A model generated the notes under the pieces. It was not told the DNA's origin. It was given only the letters and a program-made list of their open reading frames with translations, and ran no database searches. Made by a program: the position numbers and the translations under genes. A stretch of 39,271 nt of DNA from Candidatus Krumholzibacteriia bacterium (GTDB lineage: Bacteria; Krumholzibacteriota; Krumholzibacteriia; WVZY01; JAKEHA01), in contig JAICFA010000003.1 of the NCBI GenBank assembly GCA_025923935.1, forward strand, positions 1 to 39,271, written 5' to 3'. Each line of letters opens with the position of its first letter. Position 1 is the stretch's first letter. Below, piece by piece: positions 24,382 through 32,327 of this stretch.

Positions 24382-26457
24382 GTGAAGCAGTTTCCGGCGT
24401 CCCAGATTCGCAACGTCGCAGTGGTCGGACACCAGGCGTGCGGCAAGACCACGCTGTCCGAGTCCTTGCTGTACACCGCGGGCGCGATTCCGCGTCTGGG
24501 CCGCGTCGAAGACAAGAACACCACGATGGATTACGACTCCGAGGAGACCGCGCGGGGCATTTCCATCCATTCCGGCGTGGCGCAGTTGGAGCACGCCGGC
24601 ACCAAGATCAATATCGTCGACACGCCCGGCTACGAAGACTTTGTCGGCGACGTGCTGCTCGGGCTCGATGTGGTCGAAGGCGTGGTCGTAGCACTGCGCG
24701 CCGACGCCGGCGTGGAAGTCGGCACCGACCGGGCGTGGAACTTCATTCGCGATCGCGAGCTTCCCGCCATCTTCGTCGTCAGCCGCATGGACAAAGAGCA
24801 CGCCAATTTCGAAAACGCGCTTTCGCAGCTGCACGAGCACTTCGGCGGCGGTGTGCATGCGCTCCAGATACCCATCGGCAGCGGCGACAAGTTCCGCGGC
24901 GTGGTCGATCTGGTCGATATGAAGGCCTACGAGCTCGAGAAAGACGGCAAGGGAGCCGCCAAGCCCATCGACATTCCCGCCGACTTGAAAGACAAGGTCA
25001 ACGCGGCGCGGCGCGAGCTGATGGAAGCCGCCGCCGAATCCGACGAGTCGTTAATGGAGAAGTATTTGGAGACCGAGTCCCTCACCGAAGAGGAGTTTCG
25101 TACTGGCCTCGCGGCCGGTGTGAAAGGGGCGCAGGTTTTTCCCGTGTTGGTCGCCTCGCCCGCGCACAACATGGGTGCGTCGTTGATCCTCGACGCCATC
25201 GTGAAGTACATGCCGGGCGCCGACACCGGCAAGACCGTCACCACCGACGGCAAGGAGATCAAGATCGAGGCGGGAGGCGCCCCACTCGCGTACGTGTTCA
25301 AGAATATCTCCGATCCGCACGTCGGCGACATGCTGGTCGTGCGCGTGTACCACGGCACCCTGACCCCCGGCAGCGACGTGCACAACACCTCACGCAGCAC
25401 GGCCGAGCGGCTGGGCGGTCTGTTCGTGCTGGAGGGAAAGAACCGGCAGGATGCCGACAAGCTCCAGGCGGGCGACATCGGCGCACTCGTGAAGCTCAAA
25501 GTGACGAAGGTGCGCGACACGCTGGGTGCCAAGTCGAACGGCACCGTCATCAAACCCACCACACTTCCCAAGCCGTCCATCAACTCCGCCATCCTGCCGG
25601 TGGCCAAGGGTGACGACGAAAAGATGGGAACGGGCCTGCATCGCATCATGGACGAAGACCCGACCTTCGAGGTGACGCCCAGCGCGGAGACGCACCAGAC
25701 ATTGATCGCAGGCCAGGGCGAATTGCACCTGGAGATCATCGTCCATCGCCTGAAGGAGCGCTTCGGTGTGAGTGTGGCACTCGAGAAGCCGCGCATTCCG
25801 TATCGCGAGACCATTCGCCGCGCGGCCGAAGCACAGGGACGCCACAAGAAGCAGACCGGCGGCCGCGGACAATTCGGCGACGTGTGGCTCAAGATCGAGC
25901 CCCTTACGCGCGGCAAGCAGTTCGAGTTCGTGGACGGTGTGGTGGGTGGCGTCGTGCCGGGCAAATTCATTCCGGCGGTGGAAAAGGGCGTCGTAGCGAC
26001 GATGGAAATGGGTGTCATCGCCGGCTACCCGATGGTCGACGTCAAGGCGACCATCTTCGACGGCAGCTATCACACCGTCGATTCGTCCGAGCAAGCGTTC
26101 AAGACGGCCGGCTCACTCGCGTTCAAGGCCGCGGTCGAAAAGGCCAACCCCGTGCTGCTAGAGCCCATCGTCAATTTGCAAGTGAAAGTGCCCGACGAAT
26201 ACATGGGCGACGTCATGGGCGACCTGAGCGGCCGTCGCGGAAAAATCTCGGGTACGGAGAACCAGGGACGCTTCGCCGTGATCAATGCGCAAGTGCCCAT
26301 GGCCGAGCTCTACAAATACTCGACCCATCTGCGCTCCATGACGCAGGGACGGGGCTCGCACTCCCGCGAATTCTCTCACTATGAAGAAGTGCCGCGCGAA
26401 ATCGCGGAGAAGATCATCGCCGATCACAAGGCGCACGTGGCGGCGGAACACAAGTAG
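24382..26457 (+). CDS. fusA: elongation factor G paralogue (EF-G2 / FusA2)
   Basis: GHQACGKT, RGISI, DTPGYEDF, GELHLE, PYRETI, HKKQTGGRGQFG, GSYHTVDSSE, LRSMTQGRG. Located outside the rpsL-rpsG-fusA-tuf operon. Confidence 0.93.
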   Translation: MKQFPASQIRNVAVVGHQACGKTTLSESLLYTAGAIPRLGRVEDKNTTMDYDSEETARGISIHSGVAQLEHAGTKINIVDTPGYEDFVGDVLLGLDVVEGVVVALRADAGVEVGTDRAWNFIRDRELPAIFVVSRMDKEHANFENALSQLHEHFGGGVHALQIPIGSGDKFRGVVDLVDMKAYELEKDGKGAAKPIDIPADLKDKVNAARRELMEAAAESDESLMEKYLETESLTEEEFRTGLAAGVKGAQVFPVLVASPAHNMGASLILDAIVKYMPGADTGKTVTTDGKEIKIEAGGAPLAYVFKNISDPHVGDMLVVRVYHGTLTPGSDVHNTSRSTAERLGGLFVLEGKNRQDADKLQAGDIGALVKLKVTKVRDTLGAKSNGTVIKPTTLPKPSINSAILPVAKGDDEKMGTGLHRIMDEDPTFEVTPSAETHQTLIAGQGELHLEIIVHRLKERFGVSVALEKPRIPYRETIRRAAEAQGRHKKQTGGRGQFGDVWLKIEPLTRGKQFEFVDGVVGGVVPGKFIPAVEKGVVATMEMGVIAGYPMVDVKATIFDGSYHTVDSSEQAFKTAGSLAFKAAVEKANPVLLEPIVNLQVKVPDEYMGDVMGDLSGRRGKISGTENQGRFAVINAQVPMAELYKYSTHLRSMTQGRGSHSREFSHYEEVPREIAEKIIADHKAHVAAEHK

Positions 26458-26458
26458 G

Positions 26459-26561
26459 CGTCGCGGGTCCTGTCGCTCAGCAGCCCACTGCGCTCGGTCC
26501 ACCGCGACTACGCGCTAGTAGTCCCTCGCTTGTGGGCGCCCGCTGAGCGCCACCCGCGACG
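26459..26561. repeat. 103-nt imperfect palindromic (REP/MITE-like) element
   Basis: Nested stems CGTCGCGGGT/ACCCGCGACG, CGCTCAGC/GCTGAGCG and GCCCAC/GTGGGC, plus inner GACTAC/GTAGTC. Confidence 0.75.
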
Positions 26562-26579
26562 GAAAATCAGGAGTCATGC

Positions 26580-27323
26580 ATGGCCGGCCATTCCAAGTGG
26601 AAACAAATAAAACACAAGAAGGCGAAGACCGACGCCCAACGGAGCAAGGTCTACACCAAGGTGATCCGCGAAATCACCATCGCGGCGCGCAGCGGCGGGA
26701 GCGATCCCGCGGCTAATCCGCGCCTGCGACTCGCCATCCAGACCGCCAAAGAAAACAACATGCCCAACGACACCATCGTGCGTGCCGCCAAGAAGGGCGC
26801 GGGCGAGTTGGAAGGGCAGGCGCTGGAGGAGTTCGCCTACGAAGGGTACGGGCCGGCCGGTGTCGCACTCATCATCGACGTCGTCACCGACAACCGCACC
26901 CGCACCGTGGGCGAAGTTCGCCACGCGCTCACCAAGCACAACGGTAACTTGGGCGAGACCGGCTCTGTGTCGTGGAATTTCCAGACGCGCGGCGTGATTA
27001 CCATCGACAAAAAGCACACCGACGAGGACACTCTCATGGCGGCGGCACTGGACGCGGGGGCCACCGACGTCAGCGACGAAGGCGACGTGTTCGAGGTCTA
27101 CACCGAACCGACCGATGTGTCCGCGGTGGCGGAAGCGTTGTCCAAGCTCAAGCTGCCCGCGGACTCGATCGAGATCTTGAAAGTGCCCAAGACCCTCGTC
27201 AAGCTGGCCGGTGACGACGCGCGCAAAGTGTTGACGTTGGTGGAAGCGCTGGAAGACCTCGACGACGTCCAGAAGGTCAGCGCAAACTTCGACATACCGG
27301 ACGAAGTCTTTCAGCAGGGCTAA
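26580..27323 (+). CDS. yebC: YebC/PmpR family protein
   Basis: MAGHSKW, NPRLR, YEGYGPAGV, TDNRTRT, LEDLDDVQKV. Confidence 0.97.
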   Translation: MAGHSKWKQIKHKKAKTDAQRSKVYTKVIREITIAARSGGSDPAANPRLRLAIQTAKENNMPNDTIVRAAKKGAGELEGQALEEFAYEGYGPAGVALIIDVVTDNRTRTVGEVRHALTKHNGNLGETGSVSWNFQTRGVITIDKKHTDEDTLMAAALDAGATDVSDEGDVFEVYTEPTDVSAVAEALSKLKLPADSIEILKVPKTLVKLAGDDARKVLTLVEALEDLDDVQKVSANFDIPDEVFQQG

Positions 27324-27352
27324 GGGGCGCGCTCCGGGCGCGCCGGAGGGCG

Positions 27353-27841
27353 ATGTACCGGATTCTCGGCGTGGACCCAGGCAGCAACTGCACCGGCTAC
27401 GGACTCGTGTCCGGCAGCGGCGACCAGGTTGCCTACGTTTCTTCCGGCACCATCGCGCCGTCGCGCACGCAGTCGCGCTACGAGCGATTGAAAGAGATCT
27501 ACGATGGTGTGGCCCGTGTGATTCGCGAGCTCGAGCCCACCCACTTCGCCATCGAAGATGTTTTCTACAGCAAGAATCCGCGCAGTACACTCGTCCTGGG
27601 TGAAGCGCGCGGTGCCGCCATCTTGGCGGCGACCCTAGCCGGGATTCCGGTCTACGAATATTCAGCGCGCGAAGTAAAGCAGTCCGTCACCGGCAACGGG
27701 GCGGCGGACAAGTCGCAAGTGAGTTTCATGCTGACGAAGATTCTCAACCTGCAAACGACACCGGAGCGCGCGGACGAGTCCGACGCGCTCGCCATCGCCA
27801 TGTGCCACGCCTTCAAGCGCCGCGACTGGGACGGCAAATGA
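27353..27841 (+). CDS. ruvC: Holliday junction resolvase RuvC
   Basis: ILGVDPGS, AIEDVF, LGEARG, VKQSVTGNGAADK, DESDALAIA. Confidence 0.97.
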   Translation: MYRILGVDPGSNCTGYGLVSGSGDQVAYVSSGTIAPSRTQSRYERLKEIYDGVARVIRELEPTHFAIEDVFYSKNPRSTLVLGEARGAAILAATLAGIPVYEYSAREVKQSVTGNGAADKSQVSFMLTKILNLQTTPERADESDALAIAMCHAFKRRDWDGK

Positions 27842-28434
27842 TCTCGCGCCTGCGCGGACGAGTGGTGAGCGCGCACCCGCGCTGTGTGGTGGAAGTGGGT
27901 GGTATCGGCCTCGAGGTGGCAATCCCGGAGAAAGACCGCGAGGCGTTGACGCCGACGGACGCGGAGATCGTGTTTCACACGCATTTGGTAGTTCGCGAGG
28001 ATCGTTTGAGCCTGTTTGGCTTCTTGCACCGAGACGATCGCGAGCTGTTTCTCAAATTGATCGATGTGTCGGGCGTAGGTCCCAAGATCGCGCTGGCGTT
28101 ATTGTCGCAGCACTCGGCCGCGCGCGTCGTCACCGCCATCAAAAAGGGCGACGCGGTGTTCTTGTCGAAGATTCCGGGGATCGGGAAGAAGACCGCCGAG
28201 CGCATCGGCCTGGAGCTGGCCGATAAGCTGGACGACTTCGCCAGCAGCGACGAGCCGATAACGCCGACGTCGAAGAGCGGGATTCGCGAGGAAGTGATCC
28301 TCGCGCTGACGTCGCTCGGAATGTCGCGGCCGTCTGCGGAAGCCGTGTTGGACCGGATGGATTGGAGCCCGGAGGGCGAGCGCTCCGTCGAAGACGTGGT
28401 GCGCGATGCGCTAAAGTATGCTAGCCGAGGATGA
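27838..28434 (+). CDS. ruvA: Holliday junction branch migration protein RuvA
   Basis: MISRLRG (ATGA overlap), VRED..LFGF, VSGVGPK, IPGIGKKTAERI, ALTSLG. Confidence 0.96.
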   Translation: MISRLRGRVVSAHPRCVVEVGGIGLEVAIPEKDREALTPTDAEIVFHTHLVVREDRLSLFGFLHRDDRELFLKLIDVSGVGPKIALALLSQHSAARVVTAIKKGDAVFLSKIPGIGKKTAERIGLELADKLDDFASSDEPITPTSKSGIREEVILALTSLGMSRPSAEAVLDRMDWSPEGERSVEDVVRDALKYASRG

Positions 28435-28435
28435 C

Positions 28436-29464
28436 ATGACCGACCGACTCACCAACCCCGCTATCTCTCCCGACGATGCCAAGAGCGACGCGCTCTTGCG
28501 CCCGCGCAAGCTGGAGGAGTTCGTGGGGCAGACGGAGCTCAAAGAAAACCTGCGCGTCTTCATCGACGCCGCCAAGCAGCGGCACGAGGCGCTCGACCAT
28601 GTGCTGCTCTACGGCCCGCCGGGTCTGGGGAAGACTACACTGGCGCACATCGTCGCCAACGAGCTGGAAGTGCCCATCAAGATCACGTCGGGGCCGGCAT
28701 TTCAAAATGCCGCCGAGCTGCTCGGTGTCCTGAGCCACATCGAGAAGAATCAGGTCGTCTTCATCGACGAGATCCATCGTTTGCCACGCATCTTGGAAGA
28801 GCACATGTACCAAGCGATGGATTCCTTGAAGTGCGAGCTCATCGTCGACAAGGGACCCAATGCGCGTCATTACACACTCAACATCGAGCCCTTCACCCTG
28901 ATCGGTGCTACCACGCGCGCCGGCATGATCACCGCACCGCTGCGCGATCGCTTCGGCGTAGTCATGCGGCTCGACTTCTACACGCCACAGGAGCTGTGTA
29001 CGATCATCAAGCGCTCGGCGGGAATCCTGGAGATCGAGGTCTCGGACGACGGTGCCGACGAGATTGCGCGCCGCGCGCGCGGCACACCGCGCATCGCCAA
29101 CCGCCTGCTCAAGCGCACGCGCGACTTTGCCCAAGTGCAGGGCAAGAAGTCGATCGACCGCGAAGCGGCGGACTTCGCGCTCAAGCGCTTGCGCGTGGAC
29201 GAGCGCGGCCTGGACGAGATGGACCGCCGCATTCTCACCTCGATCGTGCAGAAATTTGGCGGCGGGCCGGTTGGGATCCAGTCGCTCGCGGTCGCGGTCA
29301 GCGAAGAAACGGAAACGCTCGAGGATGTCTACGAGCCGTTCCTCATCCAACAGGGATTCTTGCAACGCACGCCGCGCGGGCGCATCGCCACACCGCTGGC
29401 CCTGACGCACCTCGGGCTCGCCGGATCAGCCGGCAAGCCCGAAGCGGAAGGTCGACTCTTCTAG
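28436..29464 (+). CDS. ruvB: Holliday junction branch migration helicase RuvB
   Basis: LRP, GPPGLGKT, TSGP, FIDEIHR, GATTRAG, LRDRFG, RGTPRIANRLL, EPFL, RTPRGR. Confidence 0.98.
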   Translation: MTDRLTNPAISPDDAKSDALLRPRKLEEFVGQTELKENLRVFIDAAKQRHEALDHVLLYGPPGLGKTTLAHIVANELEVPIKITSGPAFQNAAELLGVLSHIEKNQVVFIDEIHRLPRILEEHMYQAMDSLKCELIVDKGPNARHYTLNIEPFTLIGATTRAGMITAPLRDRFGVVMRLDFYTPQELCTIIKRSAGILEIEVSDDGADEIARRARGTPRIANRLLKRTRDFAQVQGKKSIDREAADFALKRLRVDERGLDEMDRRILTSIVQKFGGGPVGIQSLAVAVSEETETLEDVYEPFLIQQGFLQRTPRGRIATPLALTHLGLAGSAGKPEAEGRLF

Positions 29465-29473
29465 TTTCTCCTC

Positions 29474-31096
29474 TTATTTCAGACGAATTACCTTCGTGCT
29501 CCCGCGGTGAATTGCGCCGCTAACACCGCGCGCCGCCAAGCGTGCGAAGTAGACGCCGCTTGGCGCCGCGCTGCCTCCCGTAGTGCGTCCGTCCCAGTGC
29601 ATCTCACGAGATCCTGCTCGCTTAGTCGACTCGGTAAGCGTGGCAACTCGACGCCCGGACGCGTCGAAGATGTCTACGTGAGCGTGCGCTGCTTCGGGGA
29701 GATCGAAGCCGAAGACCACGCTTGCGCCGGCTGGGTTCGGATAGGAGGTAAGGGTGACGTTCGGCAGCGAAGGAACTTTTCCATCGACCGGCGTCGGGCT
29801 CGCTCCAAACCTGGCTAGAACGAAATCGCCCTGATTCGACGTGAAATCGAATCCGCTGGCGAGCATGCGCTGCTGCGCGTCGAAAGCGATGTCGGTGACC
29901 CATGCGCTGCCGAATGTGAAGGTCAAGTCCGGCGACGCGACGCCGTTCGCCCCGAAGGCGGCGTCCGGGCTGCCGTCGGCGTTGAGGCGCACCAGCGCGG
30001 CCTCGCCCGTGCCCGCCCCTCCGCCGAGGAGAATTTTACCGTCGGGTGCAATGGCCAACGCATAGCAGACGTCGGGAGAGATCGATACCGGGATGCTCAC
30101 CGCGCCGCCTTCGCCGAAGTTCGGGTCGAGTTGGCCGTCGGCGAGAAAACGAAACACGCCGAAGTTCTTCAAGCTGGGTTGACTGGGCCGCGGCACGGTA
30201 CATCCGACGTAGAAGCTCCCGTCGTCGCGACGCACCAGCTTGAGATGGTGGTTGTCGATGGGGACTTCGGGGAAGAGCAGGTTGGCCCCGCCGATCGGAA
30301 CCACATCTCCGTCACCGTCGACCTGCATCACGATGAATTCCACGCGGCCGTTGCGGAACACGGTCGTTGCGATCATCGCGCCGAAATCGGGCGTGAAGTC
30401 GACCGCGGGGCGAGTGAACAAGATCGACAGGAGCGGCATTTCGAAGCGCAGGGTGCCGTTCATGCCGTACGAAGGATCCGGCGAACCGTCCGACAGCAAG
30501 CGGCGGAAGCCGAGGCCGTTGACGCCGCCGTTGATGTTGGCGTTGCAGCGGCCCGCCGCGAGGATCTTGCCGTCGGGGAGGACGGCCACAGCCGACATTT
30601 CTCCGCTCGAAACTGGATCCCAGCGGCCCACTCGGGCGCCGTCGAGAGCGAACAGGCTGTCGATGGACCCGTCCGCGTTGAAGCGATAGATGGAGGGAAC
30701 TTGATCGCTGGTTCCATTCGATACCATTTGCATGCCGGCGACCACGATCTTGCCGTCGCTCTGCAGCGCCACCGCATTCGCCTGATCGCGGAATTGCCAG
30801 CGCGTGCTGATCACGCCACCAGCGCCGAAGCTCGGGTCGGGGCTGCCGTCGGAAAGATGACGCGCCATGGCGATGAACCAACCAGCGGGTCCATCAGCGA
30901 CGCCGGCGGCCAGCAGCCTGCCGTCCGGCTGGATCATGAACGCGTTGGGCGCGTCGGCGTAGCCCGGCTGAGTACTGGAATGAGCCCGCCCGCCGATTCC
31001 AAAGGTGGCATCGAGCTCGGGCTCGATGGCCTGTGACGCGGTGGTCCCCGTCAGACTGGCAATGACTAGCAACGCGTGTATCGCCTGAAGTTTCAT
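29474..31096 (-). CDS. secreted delta-60-repeat beta-propeller protein with C-terminal FlgD/T9SS sorting domain
   Basis: GGGAGG SD; signal peptide; about 7 repeats of Q/PDGKI..AG...DG.(L/P)D..FG..G; C-terminal YPNP...IFDASGRRVATL...WDG...SGVYFARL...KVIRLK. Confidence 0.88.
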   Translation of the reverse strand: MKLQAIHALLVIASLTGTTASQAIEPELDATFGIGGRAHSSTQPGYADAPNAFMIQPDGRLLAAGVADGPAGWFIAMARHLSDGSPDPSFGAGGVISTRWQFRDQANAVALQSDGKIVVAGMQMVSNGTSDQVPSIYRFNADGSIDSLFALDGARVGRWDPVSSGEMSAVAVLPDGKILAAGRCNANINGGVNGLGFRRLLSDGSPDPSYGMNGTLRFEMPLLSILFTRPAVDFTPDFGAMIATTVFRNGRVEFIVMQVDGDGDVVPIGGANLLFPEVPIDNHHLKLVRRDDGSFYVGCTVPRPSQPSLKNFGVFRFLADGQLDPNFGEGGAVSIPVSISPDVCYALAIAPDGKILLGGGAGTGEAALVRLNADGSPDAAFGANGVASPDLTFTFGSAWVTDIAFDAQQRMLASGFDFTSNQGDFVLARFGASPTPVDGKVPSLPNVTLTSYPNPAGASVVFGFDLPEAAHAHVDIFDASGRRVATLTESTKRAGSREMHWDGRTTGGSAAPSGVYFARLAARGVSGAIHRGSTKVIRLK

Positions 31097-31220
31097 CGAT
31101 GTCCTCCCAGGTATCCGGCTGGCTTTCCGGCGGATGGTCTTCTGGTGAGACAACGATGGACGCGAAAAATCACGCGACTTCGTGTATCCTGGAGCGCACC
31201 CCCGAAAGTTGAAACACGCT

Positions 31221-32264
31221 TTGCTCGTCGACGATTTCTCGTACTACTTGCCCGAGTCCCTTATTGCGCAGGAGCCTGCGCCCGAACGTGCCGCCAGCCG
31301 CTTGCTGGTAGGCTCGCGCGTTGGCGATGACCCGCCCCATCATGCAGCGTTCCGCGATCTCCCCGAATGGCTGCGCGCCGGCGACGTGCTGGTGGTGAAT
31401 CGCACCCGTGTGGTGCCCGCGCGGCTGCGCGCGCGCCGCGACAAAGACGGCCTGGAATTCGAGGTGTTCTTCGTTCGTGCGCACGGCGAACGCGAGTTCG
31501 ATGCGTGGGCACGCCCGATGCGAAAGCTCAAGGTGGGCGACGTGCTGCACGTTGGGGAAGCGACCATTTGCTATCAGCATCGTGAGAACGAGCGCAACGC
31601 GCGCTTCGCCCTCGAGACGGGCGCCACTACCGTCGACGAACTCCTCGAGAAGACGGGACACGTTCCGCTGCCACCGTACATTCAGCGCGCCGATGCCCAC
31701 AGCGATCGCGACCGCTACCAAACCGTCTTCGCGCGCGAACGCGGCTCGGTGGCGGCGCCCACCGCGGGACTTCACTTCGATGACCCGTTGGTCGATGCCA
31801 TCAAGCAGTGCGGCGTCGATGTGCGCGAGCTCGTGCTGCACGTGGGTCCGGGAACGTTTCAGCCGCTGCCGCATTCAATCGTGGAGGATAACCGCCTAGC
31901 CAGCGAAGTGTTCGAGATCGATGCGGACACATTGCGTGCGGTTGCAGACGCGAAGGGAGACGGGCGGCGCGTGATTGCGGTGGGTACCACCACCACGCGC
32001 GTTCTCGAGACCGCCGCCCAGCGCGGGTGGTTGCAGACACCCTTCGAGGATCGTCGCGGAGAGACCGACCTGTTCATTTACCCGGGATTCGAGTTTCATG
32101 CCATCGACGGGCTCATCACCAACTTCCATCTGCCGCGCTCGTCGCTCTTCATGCTGGTGTGCGCATTCGTACGAACCGAGCGCGCGTTGGCTCTATATAA
32201 TGAGGCAGTGGCTCGGCAGTACCGCTTCTACAGCTATGGGGACGCCATGCTCATCGTCCCATAA
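31221..32264 (+). CDS. queA: S-adenosylmethionine:tRNA ribosyltransferase-isomerase
   Basis: DFSYYLPESLIAQ, VPLPPYI, YQTVFA, SVAAPTAGLHF, LHVGPGTF, AVGTT, TNFHLP, YRFYSYGDAM. Start most likely TTG 31221. Confidence 0.96.
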   Translation: MLVDDFSYYLPESLIAQEPAPERAASRLLVGSRVGDDPPHHAAFRDLPEWLRAGDVLVVNRTRVVPARLRARRDKDGLEFEVFFVRAHGEREFDAWARPMRKLKVGDVLHVGEATICYQHRENERNARFALETGATTVDELLEKTGHVPLPPYIQRADAHSDRDRYQTVFARERGSVAAPTAGLHFDDPLVDAIKQCGVDVRELVLHVGPGTFQPLPHSIVEDNRLASEVFEIDADTLRAVADAKGDGRRVIAVGTTTTRVLETAAQRGWLQTPFEDRRGETDLFIYPGFEFHAIDGLITNFHLPRSSLFMLVCAFVRTERALALYNEAVARQYRFYSYGDAMLIVP

Positions 32265-32327
32265 GTATTCTCGACGCCCGGCGCGCATCCTGCTAACTTC
32301 CCCTCGACTTACCCGCGGGAGTTGGAA

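Noticed and set aside
26459-26561. SRP RNA or tRNA identity for the structured element
   Set aside because: It lacks the SRP domain IV GNRA loop and symmetric-loop context, and has no tRNA cloverleaf or T-loop motif.
31145-31178. Possible ECF promoter (GTGATT...TTGTCT) on the minus strand upstream of the delta-60 gene
   Set aside because: The match is too loose to assign to any ECF group without a genome-wide motif.
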